Part shown: piece by piece, positions 1-6,158 of the stretch
Position numbering within the stretch: the first letter of the stretch is position 1
Layout of the letters: each line of letters begins with the position of its first letter
DNA from: a virus
Lineage: Duplodnaviria; Heunggongvirae; Uroviricota; Caudoviricetes
DNA: 12,347 bases
Reading direction: 5' to 3' (one strand)
Virus record (IMG/VR): IMGVR_UViG_2541047882_000003
Span: 1-12,347 of that record
Notes under the pieces: generated by a model
Told to the model about the DNA's origin: nothing
The model's input: the letters and a program-made list of their open reading frames with translations, nothing else
Databases searched by the model: none
Position numbers and translations under genes: made by a program

Positions 1-372
1 TTACTTCCTGCGTTTATCCTGCTTTGTATGCCCGTGCTGAATGCCCCGCAGTGGATCTTCTTTTTTCAGGTCGATCCCCATGTCCGTTAGTGTTTTTGTG
101 GCGGCGGTTCTTATGGCACAAATCAGGTCTCTTTCCGGTTCCCGGGTTATGGTTGCCTTCCGGATGCATGCCGTTCGTCGTTCCGTTACATACTGACGCG
201 CTTCATCACTTGCCGCCTGTTTCAGTAACTCACCCCAGCGATTAGCCGCCCGTCGCCATAAACCTTTCGCTTCCAGTTCTTCCGCTTTGTCATCATGCAC
301 CATAAGCATAATCCCATTGATACCTGTTAAATCTGAATGGTTGGTTTCTGTTCTTTTGATAATTTTCCGCAT
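1..372 (-). CDS. PerC-family-like small transcriptional regulator (paralog 1)
   Basis: Complete ORF of 123 aa (ATG as reverse complement of 370-372, TAA as reverse complement of 1-3). Motif DDKAEELEAKGLWRRAANRW matches the conserved core I associate with PerC/Pch activators and is shared with the 95-aa paralog at 4277..4564 (DSKAEELEAKGLYRRAAARW...CIR.A). No good SD at 372; alignment with the paralog suggests the real start may be the internal ATG at 303. Confidence 0.6.
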   Translation of the reverse strand: MRKIIKRTETNHSDLTGINGIMLMVHDDKAEELEAKGLWRRAANRWGELLKQAASDEARQYVTERRTACIRKATITREPERDLICAIRTAATKTLTDMGIDLKKEDPLRGIQHGHTKQDKRRK

Positions 373-387
373 AGCTTATTGTATGAC

Positions 388-399
388 AGTACTGTCCCA
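388..399. promoter_or_regulatory. 12-bp perfect palindrome GACAGTACTGTC in the 45-bp divergent intergenic region (candidate operator)
   Basis: Read directly: GACAGTACTGTC equals its own reverse complement, flanked by ATTGT...ACAAT. It lies between the divergent starts at 372 (-) and 418 (+). Confidence 0.35.
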
Positions 400-417
400 C
401 AATAAGGAGTTGCACGC

Positions 418-708
418 ATGAGAATGACCAGGCACAAAAAACAGATCCTTGAACTCTACAAACCTGAGTATCGCGATTGGGTGCGGGTGGAGGCTGGAGA
501 TCCACCTTTTGATGTTCGTGGTGTTACAGTGCTGCTCTATGGTTCCGAATATCAGCGATATCACATAGAGGCAACACGAAGGACGCTAAACGCTATGGTT
601 CGTGATAAGTTGCTGGAGCGTGTGAAAGTCCGTGAGCCACGTTTTGATGTGCGTATTGGTGGCGATGGTGCGCATTGCACGGTAATCCGCTATGGCCTGG
701 TAAGGTAA
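418..708 (+). CDS. hypothetical protein (96 aa)
   Basis: ATG at 418 preceded by a strong SD, AAGGAG at 405-410 (7-nt spacer). The ORF ends about 70 nt before a stem-loop plus T-run. No family recognised. Confidence 0.6.
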   Translation: MRMTRHKKQILELYKPEYRDWVRVEAGDPPFDVRGVTVLLYGSEYQRYHIEATRRTLNAMVRDKLLERVKVREPRFDVRIGGDGAHCTVIRYGLVR

Positions 709-738
709 GCCATCGGGTAAATCAGATGATTAAATCAC

Positions 739-760
739 CAGAATGTAAATTTACATTCTG
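739..760. repeat. 22-bp perfect palindrome CAGAATGTAAATTTACATTCTG between convergent genes
   Basis: Read directly; it is self-complementary over 22 bp. Could be a hairpin contributing to bidirectional termination or a protein-binding site. Confidence 0.5.
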
Positions 761-776
761 CCAGCCACCAGCTACC

Positions 777-803
777 CTCCTCAAAATTGAGGAGCCTTTT
801 TAT
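777..803 (+). terminator. candidate rho-independent terminator for the 418..708 gene
   Basis: 7-bp stem CTCCTCA/TGAGGAG (777-783 pairs with 788-794), 4-nt loop AAAT, then CC followed by TTTTT. Confidence 0.45.
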
Positions 804-810
804 CAACTGG

Positions 811-1101
811 TTACCGCCGTAACCGCTCCGGCTTCTTCCACTGGTAAGTCTTTTTCTCGCTCTCCCGGTACATCTGCACGCGGCGACGGTAGGCCAATAA
901 CTCGAGTACCCTGGTGCGTATGTCGCGCATATCCACTCCGTTAAGCTCAATACCGTCACGGCGCATCACCTCAGCCACCACACGCGCATAGTTCTCAGCG
1001 ATAACGCTGTCCGGCTGCGTGGCCTCCTGTTTGCCTGCTGGTGGTCTGATCCCGGCAATCTGGCGAATCATTTTGAGCATTTCGGCTTCGGTCATTGTCA
1101 T
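811..1101 (-). CDS. hypothetical protein (about 96 aa; alternative starts at 1095 or 1125)
   Basis: Long ORF 811..1125. GGAGG lies immediately upstream of the tandem ATGs at 1101 and 1095 (minus-strand sequence GGAGGCCATGACAATGACC), so I favour one of these over 1125. No family recognised. Confidence 0.5.
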   Translation of the reverse strand: MTMTEAEMLKMIRQIAGIRPPAGKQEATQPDSVIAENYARVVAEVMRRDGIELNGVDMRDIRTRVLELLAYRRRVQMYRESEKKTYQWKKPERLRR

Positions 1102-1390
1102 GGCCTCCAGAGGATGGGGAAACAATGCCGTAATTGTGGCGACTGATAACGGGAAGGTGAAGCGCGTTTAAGCTGGTGGATGTGGTGCCATGTTTCCCAC
1201 CAATGGTGGAAAAGCCCACCAGCGCAACGCAGGACGCATAAAACCATTGCGATGACTCATGACAGGGGGATAACCACAAAAACAACGTCAGCGGCGCGAT
1301 TCTGGCTGTTCCTGTCCGGGATGTGCATACGTATTACGTACGCAGTTAATCCGGCATAACGCATGACGTTGATGAAACGCCCCGATCATC

Positions 1391-1465
1391 GCGGGTCCTC
1401 CTGGATGGGTACCCTTACCGCGGGGCGACGGACGCGCGGAAAAAGGCTGGTTTTTGCATTTTCAT
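1391..1465 (+). other. cos-like site A (cosQ-like CGGGTCCTCCTGG, cosN-like dyad CCGCG-N10-CGCGG at 1418-1439); orphan, no terS downstream
   Basis: Alignable to the phage lambda cosQ-cosN junction as I remember it (lambda ACGGGTCCTTTCCGG...GTTACGGGGCGGCGACCTCGCGGG). The 36-bp core CCTTACCGCGGGGCGACGGACGCGCGGAAAAAGGCT is identical to inverted copy C at 4085..4170. Confidence 0.5.
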
Positions 1466-1865
1466 GGCGGCGGCAGCATGTGTGGTAATATATTGATAAT
1501 TAAAAGTTATTTCTGTTTTCACCTGTACAATCTTTTTTCTCCCCTGTCATTAGACCAGTTCGCAATCAATTGAAATATATAAATAAATCTGATTTTCACC
1601 TGCCAGATGGAGTTGCCAGTGTCAAATGTGAGCGGAAGCGGTGATGCTTATCACTGAATCATGCCGCATCACGATACCAGACTCCCGGTACCGCTGCGTG
1701 ATAACCCACAAGGCTGGTGGCGATGCGTTATGGTCCGTGCATTGCCATTCTCCTGGCCTGGTGGCATTATCCGGCATGAACGAGCGGTTATTCTCCGTAC
1801 TCTTAATCGTTGTTCATGGTTATTTTCTTTGTGGTAGCTGACTTCTTGATGTCCTTATCCTCCTG

Positions 1866-1890
1866 CCCCGTAATCACGGGGTATTTTTTT
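1866..1890 (+). terminator. rho-independent terminator (plus strand)
   Basis: CCCCG (1866-1870) / CGGGG (1877-1881) stem, 6-nt loop, followed by TATTTTTTT. The T-run is on the plus strand only. Confidence 0.5.
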
Positions 1891-2424
1891 ATCTGTGATT
1901 TGCTGTTCTTCGCTGTGTTGGTATGGGGAGTTCTGGCAATGGTTCAGGCCGTCGCTTTCCTGGTACGTGATTTTTTACGTTCATTATTGTGCTGGTGGCA
2001 GCGTCACGGTGTGTCACGACATGTCACCATCACGTCACGCTGATTGCGAAAGCCAGGATTAACCAGTACCGGAACGGGTAGCCCGGTGTATTGTTACCGT
2101 CCTGCCTGCTGGTGGAGTAATTGATAACGGTTATCATCAACGGGAGGGGCGGATCAAATCCCTGCAGTCCTGGCTGTCCGGGACCGCCCGCCTACCCTTG
2201 TTCACATCGCCGCAGGTTCGAAAACTTTTTTTTGGGAAGGTGTGCACAGACTTGATAGGTAAAACCTATCAGGTAAAGCCACGTCAAACCCGCGCCATTG
2301 CTGGCATCGTTAAAAAAACTCACTCCACCAGCAGGCTAAAAAACTGTGATTTTTCCAGCTTTTGGGGCTCAAAAAGGGCTCCCTAAAAAAACTCTCACAC
2401 TGTCGGAGGGGGCGGGAAATTTTC

Positions 2425-2640
2425 ACGGGTCCTTTCCGGGATCTGAAACACCGCGGGGCGGTAGACGCGCAGGATTTCACTATTTATGAAAATTTTTCAG
2501 GGGAAAAGCGTGTCGGTACTTCTCGCGCATAACTGTTTGTTTTTATTAAAATCAACCACCAGAAACATACGACATCATAAAGCCAAAAAATCCTGTTTTT
2601 TTGGCGTTTCATGTCGGAGGTGGTTTTTGATAATAAATTG
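2425..2640 (+). other. lambda-like cos site B (cosQ, cosN-like, cosB R3/I1-like elements); orphan, no terS downstream
   Basis: ACGGGTCCTTTCCGG at 2425-2439 is identical to the lambda cosQ 15-mer. After a 16-nt spacer comes CCGCGGGGCGGTAGACGCGC (lambda has GGGCGGCGACCT here). CTATTTATGAAAATTTT at 2480-2496 is identical to lambda positions just right of cosN. Further lambda-cosB-like text follows (CATAACT..GTTTTTATTAAAAT, then a dyad). The ORF at the Nu1-equivalent position is only 25 codons and unrelated to Nu1. Confidence 0.65.
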
Positions 2641-2756
2641 GTGGATTAATGTTAATAAAAATGTTTTTACTACCTGATGGAAACAACCGGAAACGTGCCG
2701 GAGAAATTACGGCAACAGAAAGGTGAGTGACAGCCGCGCAATTATTGAACAAAACT

Positions 2757-2953
2757 GAGAAAGGATCTGATAACGTCATTTTTGGCCCAAAATGCCTACT
2801 GTCAGATCCTTTCTTTTTTTGATGATTTTACGATTAAACAATGAGTTACAGAGAAGAAGAACGGATCTGACTTTTCCCGAAAAATTTTCATAAACAGTTA
2901 AGAATTGCGCGTACCCGTACCCCCGGCGCTTAAGGTTCCGGGAAGGACCCGCC
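2757..2953 (-). other. lambda-like cos site D, inverted relative to B (cosQ-like, cosN-like, R3-like, distal 13-bp inverted repeat)
   Basis: On the minus strand: GCGGGTCCTTCCCGG (reverse complement of 2938-2953), a GC dyad GCGCC..GCGC (reverse complement of 2905-2933), CTGTTTATGAAAATTTTTCG (reverse complement of 2878-2897, against lambda CTATTTATGAAAATTTTCCG), TCCGTTCTTCTTC..TAACT (against lambda TCCGTTCTTCTTCGTCATAACT), then a 13-bp perfect inverted repeat AGAAAGGATCTGA (2758-2770) / TCAGATCCTTTCT (2802-2814) resembling the lambda GAAAGGAAACGACAG...CTGTCGTTTCCTTTC dyad. Confidence 0.55.
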
Positions 2954-3067
2954 GGAGATAGCTACCATAAGGCGTAATTAAATATCCGTGGATGTGCCAC
3001 GGAACAACCAGCTGAATACAGGTCAGCGTGATGACGGGAAATAAAGAGAATGGTTGCGAATCCTCCA

Positions 3068-3092
3068 CCTGGTGAATCTCCTGCACTACCTG
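3068..3092. repeat. 25-bp direct repeat copy 1 (CCTGGTGAATCTCCTGCACTACCTG); duplicate of the terS 3-prime end
   Basis: Exact 25-bp match to 3444..3468, which encodes the last 8 codons of the terS-like gene. Copy 1 is not in an intact gene. Confidence 0.85.
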
Positions 3093-3364
3093 TCATTTTT
3101 GCGCAAATACCCCTGGCATTTCTAAGCATGATCAACCTGATCATTGTTCGCGGTTTTTACGTGGCAAGGCCAGTAATTACGGGGCTTACATCAATGTTTA
3201 TTCCGCCCATCTCTGCGCAAAACAACTTAACAAACCTTAACATCACAGGCGGAACCATTGCGCAAATCTGGAGGCTTACCGCACGCACCAGCCTGATACA
3301 TTGCCAGAATGAACGAGGTGCGACACAATGTGTGTGCATGTCTTACTCATTGAACCTCAATCAA

Positions 3365-3397
3365 GGCGCATCCTTAGCGGTGCGCTTTTATTTTTTT
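3365..3397 (+). terminator. candidate rho-independent terminator (plus strand)
   Basis: GCGCA (3365-3369) pairs with TGCGC (3380-3384), with possible extra CC/GG pairs, followed by TTTTATTTTTTTG. Confidence 0.4.
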
Positions 3398-3435
3398 GTC
3401 GTTCCCTGCTGGTGGATGTTTTCCGGTACCGCGAA

Positions 3436-3945
3436 TTATTCCCCCTGGTGAATCTCCTGCACTACCTGCGGCGTGCTGTCGTGCCAGTCGTTAGCCTGTA
3501 TCACTCTGGTAGTAATTTGCCTGCACAGGTCATCAATAATCTGCCTGACGCGGTTTACTGCGTTCTGATTGATGCCTGCATCGTGCGCCAGAATGTCGGG
3601 GAGTTTTGCCAGTTCCTCGCTTAAGATTTTCCCAAAAATAACCAACTCCCTGCGCACATCCACGGCGGGGATAAGTTCAGCCGTTTCCTGCTCGAACTTA
3701 AGGCGCTCACGCTCAGACTGGTACCAGGCTTTACGGCTTTGTGGATCCATGTCTTCGAGTGATGCGGGGGCGGGTATATTCATGAATGCGCTGATTATAT
3801 CCGTCAGTCGGTACAGCTTTAATTTTTCATGCCCTCCGGCTGGCTGAATGTCCTTTAGCCTTTTCGCTACTGTCTGGCGGCAAACTCCCGCCAGTTCTGC
3901 GAGTTGATTGATATTAAGTTTCAGGTTTTTAAGCTCCCGATCCAT
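3436..3945 (-). CDS. phage small terminase subunit, lambda Nu1 family (TerS-like); longest ORF extends to 3984
   Basis: N-terminal LNINQLAELAGVCRQTVAKRLKD...EKLKLYRLTDIISAF aligns with the lambda Nu1 winged-HTH region (VNKKQLADIFGASIRTIQNWQEQ...NEVLYDSAAVIKWY), and the length is similar (169-182 aa against 181). GGAGG lies 4 nt upstream of the ATG at 3945, so I favour that start. No large terminase ORF follows. Confidence 0.7.
   Translation of the reverse strand: MDRELKNLKLNINQLAELAGVCRQTVAKRLKDIQPAGGHEKLKLYRLTDIISAFMNIPAPASLEDMDPQSRKAWYQSERERLKFEQETAELIPAVDVRRELVIFGKILSEELAKLPDILAHDAGINQNAVNRVRQIIDDLCRQITTRVIQANDWHDSTPQVVQEIHQGE
3444..3468. repeat. 25-bp direct repeat copy 2 (within the terS 3-prime end)
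   Basis: Exact match to 3068..3092. Confidence 0.85.
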
Positions 3946-4084
3946 TCGTCCTCCGGTAGTTTTAAATGCGTATCGTGCGCTCATCTTTCAGTGGGTTAAA
4001 AGTGTTCTGTATGTTGAACAAAAAACACCCCAAATTAACATAGTAAAAATATATTTCATTTTAATTCAACATGTTGGAAAGATG

Positions 4085-4170
4085 ATGATGACGGATGAAA
4101 ATGTAAAAATTAGCCTTTTTCCGCGCGTCCGTCGCCCCGCGGTAAGGCCACCCCTCCGGAAGGACCCGTA
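4085..4170 (-). other. cos-like site C (inverted copy of A) about 140 bp upstream of the terS-like gene
   Basis: On the minus strand: ACGGGTCCTTCCGG (reverse complement of 4155-4168), then CCGCGGGGCGACGGACGCGCGG (reverse complement of 4120-4141), then AAAAAGGCT..ATTTTTACATTTTCAT. This is the lambda arrangement cosQ-cosN-cosB followed by Nu1, with similar spacing to the terS start. Confidence 0.55.
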
Positions 4171-4191
4171 AAAAAAGCCGGAGTGTTCCGG
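4169..4191 (-). terminator. rho-independent terminator after the PerC-like/FinO-like operon
   Basis: On the minus strand GCCGGAACACTCCGGC (6-bp stem, 4-nt loop) is followed by TTTTTTT, about 85 nt after the stop of 4277..4564. Confidence 0.6.
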
Positions 4192-4276
4192 CTTCGTCTG
4201 TGTATGTGCGCATATGCAGGATTTTATGTTATCCGCCCACGGGAGTGATGGTCATTTTTCAGGATAATATCCGGCA

Positions 4277-4564
4277 TCACTGGTTACCGCCAGGCTGCTT
4301 CGGGTAGTTCCGCCAGACGGATTTACCCGCGTCTTCCATCCCCATCACCGCATGAGTGCGGTTTACAGCCTCTTTCAGTGCCCCGAAGTTATCCGCCATA
4401 ACGGGTGGGCGTGCTGCCCTGCGGATGCATTCCGCGCGACGCTTTGCCACCTGTTCGCGCTCCTTATCGGTGTTCACCAGCTGCATGACCTCAGCCCACC
4501 GCGCCGCCGCTCTCCGGTACAGGCCTTTAGCCTCCAGTTCTTCCGCTTTGCTGTCACGAATCAT
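4277..4564 (-). CDS. PerC-family-like small transcriptional regulator (paralog 2)
   Basis: 95 aa with DSKAEELEAKGLYRRAAARWAEV, matching the paralog at 1..372. Its start overlaps the stop of the upstream gene (ATGA at 4561-4564), indicating translational coupling. Confidence 0.6.
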   Translation of the reverse strand: MIRDSKAEELEAKGLYRRAAARWAEVMQLVNTDKEREQVAKRRAECIRRAARPPVMADNFGALKEAVNRTHAVMGMEDAGKSVWRNYPKQPGGNQ

Positions 4565-5097
4565 GCGCCTGTCTTCTCCTTTGTCGCCTGACGTTTGCGC
4601 TTTTCATTCAGTGCTGCCAGCCGCGTTTCTGCCTCCTGCTGTTCCTGTGGTGTCACTTCCCCACATGGCTGGCCTTTCAGGTCGTAACGTGTGCCACCAG
4701 CCATTAAGGCGCGGTAATAGCGCGGAGACTGCGCATAAGATGCCAGCGTCGCACGTAATGCCCCCGGCCCGAATGTCAGCCCCCTGGCGGCGATATCCTG
4801 TATCAGGTCGTCGAATATCCCCACCTTAAGCGGCTTCGGTGCTTTATGGCTGAATAAGTCAGGCCACATCTCAGTGAGGCGGTTAACGCGTCGGCGGTTT
4901 TTGCGCTGCCTTTTGGTCATATGCTGCCACGGTGTCGCCCCTGCGGTCTTCTGTTTGCGGCTCTGCTGTGCGTTCTGATTATCGGGTATCACTTTATGCG
5001 CCGATGTGGTTTTATCCTGCTCTTGTGCCGCCTGCGTCGTTTTCTGCGGCGTGCCGTAAATGCCTTTCGGTTTTCGGTTAATGGTCAGCTTTGTCAT
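4561..5097 (-). CDS. ProQ/FinO-domain RNA-binding protein
   Basis: 178 aa. PLKVGIFDDLI and LRATLASYAQSPRYYRALMAGGTRYDLKGQPCGEVTPQEQQEAE align closely with the E. coli ProQ N-terminal FinO-like domain (PLKIGIFQDLV...LRSALRLYTSSWRYL..GATRVDLDGNPCGEL) as I remember it. It is preceded by a basic, Q/K-rich N-terminus. Confidence 0.8.
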   Translation of the reverse strand: MTKLTINRKPKGIYGTPQKTTQAAQEQDKTTSAHKVIPDNQNAQQSRKQKTAGATPWQHMTKRQRKNRRRVNRLTEMWPDLFSHKAPKPLKVGIFDDLIQDIAARGLTFGPGALRATLASYAQSPRYYRALMAGGTRYDLKGQPCGEVTPQEQQEAETRLAALNEKRKRQATKEKTGA

Positions 5098-5211
5098 GCC
5101 TTCCCCTGTAATTACGCTGTTCGCTGTTGTGAATTAAAACGGTATGTTATCCCCGTACGGGTCATCGTGCTGGCTTGTCTGTTGTTTTGCCCTGTTCAGT
5201 GCGTCAGTGGC

Positions 5212-5559
5212 CTAGCCCTGTTGACCTTTTTTGCCGCCCGGTCGCGCCGTTCGCGCACTGATTACGCTGTCTGCAATAACCTGCCAGCCCTGCCGCGTTT
5301 CCCCGTTCTGGCCTGTCCACTGGCTTACCTGCATGTTACCCGCCACGCTCACAAGTTCGCCTTTCTGGTGCTTTGCCAGTGCATCGGCCTGTCTGCCAAA
5401 TGCCAGGACGGATAACCACATCGTCGCCGTTCCGTCATCTGCCTGGCTGCACGGCAGGGGAACCGCCATACTCGCCATCGCCATTTGTGTCCCTTTGCTG
5501 GTGGTCTTTAACTGCGGGTCAGCCACCAGCCGCCCGTAAGCCGCTATCTGTGCTGTCAT
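5212..5559 (-). CDS. single-stranded DNA-binding protein-like (OB fold, no acidic C-terminal tail)
   Basis: 115 aa. IAAYGRLVADPQLK and TMWLSVLAFGRQADALAKHQKGELVSVAGNMQVSQWTGQNGETRQGWQVIADSV align with the E. coli SSB core (ILVGNLGQDPEV...[52 protein letters not shown]). GGAGAG lies 9 nt upstream; the start overlaps the upstream stop (ATGA). Confidence 0.7.
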   Translation of the reverse strand: MTAQIAAYGRLVADPQLKTTSKGTQMAMASMAVPLPCSQADDGTATMWLSVLAFGRQADALAKHQKGELVSVAGNMQVSQWTGQNGETRQGWQVIADSVISARTARPGGKKGQQG

Positions 5560-5906
5560 GCTGTATGCTCTCCGTTTTTAACGTTGATGGTTGTCACCTG
5601 TTCCGCTGTGCTGTTAGCCGGATACCATGCAAGCGTTCCCGGTTCATCTGAAAGAATGAATTTTGTGTCAGGCAAATACAGGCATTCGCAATATCCCTCT
5701 GCGCTGTGATGTGGTGTCATTCCCATATCACCAGTGAGTACCGGTAATATTTCAGAGTAAACCTCAGAATCACCGGAATAAAACACATCGCAAATCGCCC
5801 ATGCAGCAACCGGACTCCACCACTCGCCGCAATCGTCATTCCGGAATCTTGCCCACCAGCCAGGAACAGCCGGAGAAATGCTTTTTGGTATGGCTTCAAG
5901 AAACAT
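5556..5906 (-). CDS. hypothetical protein (116 aa, Trp-rich), translationally coupled to the SSB-like gene
   Basis: ORF with GAGGTG 7 nt upstream of the ATG at 5906. Its stop overlaps the SSB-like start. No family recognised. Confidence 0.55.
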   Translation of the reverse strand: MFLEAIPKSISPAVPGWWARFRNDDCGEWWSPVAAWAICDVFYSGDSEVYSEILPVLTGDMGMTPHHSAEGYCECLYLPDTKFILSDEPGTLAWYPANSTAEQVTTINVKNGEHTA

Positions 5907-5982
5907 AAAAACACCTCAATTTTTGTATATCTACAGAACCGTGTGGGTTACACCCGGCCTTTTTTCATCCATTACAGTGATA

Positions 5983-6133
5983 TTTTGCGGGTTATAATCG
6001 CGCTTTTGCGGGTTATTTAGGCCCATTTGCGGGTTATTTGGGGTATTTTGCGGGTTACGATTTTTCTGTCATTTCTTTAATAATCATATGGATACTGACT
6101 TATCCACAGAAATAACCCGCATAACCCGCAAAA
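5983..6133. repeat. iteron array (TTTGCGGGTTA x4 direct at 21-22 bp spacing, plus 2 inverted copies) with an AT-rich spacer; candidate replication origin
   Basis: Direct copies of TTTTGCGGGTTAT at 5983-5995, 6004-6016, 6025-6037 and 6047-6058. AT-rich stretch 6061-6100. Inverted copies ATAACCCGC (6112-6120) and ATAACCCGCAAAA (6121-6133). Located immediately downstream of the replication-protein stop at 6159. Confidence 0.6.
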
Positions 6134-6158
6134 TTTTCACCCTACACGCGAGAAAAAA

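Noticed and set aside
1810-2043. 77-aa hydrophobic ORF, considered as a possible type I toxin or small membrane protein
   Set aside because: The terminator hairpin at 1866-1890 lies inside it and no SD precedes any of its ATGs. It has no resemblance to Hok/Ldr/TisB-type toxins that I can see. Left as unsupported.
2210-2235. GGTTCGAA followed by a T-run, considered as a tRNA T-arm or fragment
   Set aside because: No complementary T-stem, acceptor stem or CCA context; a cloverleaf cannot be drawn. Probably just a T-rich tract.
3050-3451. 133-aa plus-strand ORF
   Set aside because: It runs through an intrinsic terminator (3365-3397) and through both copies of the 25-bp repeat, and has no RBS. 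The region is better explained as terS-remnant and regulatory DNA.
1391-4170. The four repeated GC-rich elements, considered as a P4 CI/C4-like antisense RNA immunity system (two sense, two antisense copies)
   Set aside because: The 15-mer and 17-mer identities to lambda cosQ and the cosB R3 region, plus the Nu1-like gene beside copy C, explain the repeats more simply as cos sites. An RNA role is not excluded but is not needed.
5145-5154. 10-bp palindrome CCCGTACGGG between the SSB-like and FinO-like genes, considered as a terminator
   Set aside because: There is no adjacent U-tract on either strand and the genes on both sides look co-transcribed. Possibly an RNA processing or binding site, but unsupported.
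4356-5415. Plus-strand ORFs of 157 and 164 aa opposite the FinO-like and SSB-like genes
   Set aside because: They are antisense shadows of genes with clear family motifs, with no RBS and Arg/Ser/Cys-rich composition typical of reverse-strand artefacts in GC-rich coding DNA.
5983-6133. Short regularly spaced repeats, considered as a CRISPR array
   Set aside because: The repeat unit is only 12-13 bp with 21-22 bp periodicity, inverted copies are present, and there are no cas genes. An iteron origin next to a replication gene fits far better.
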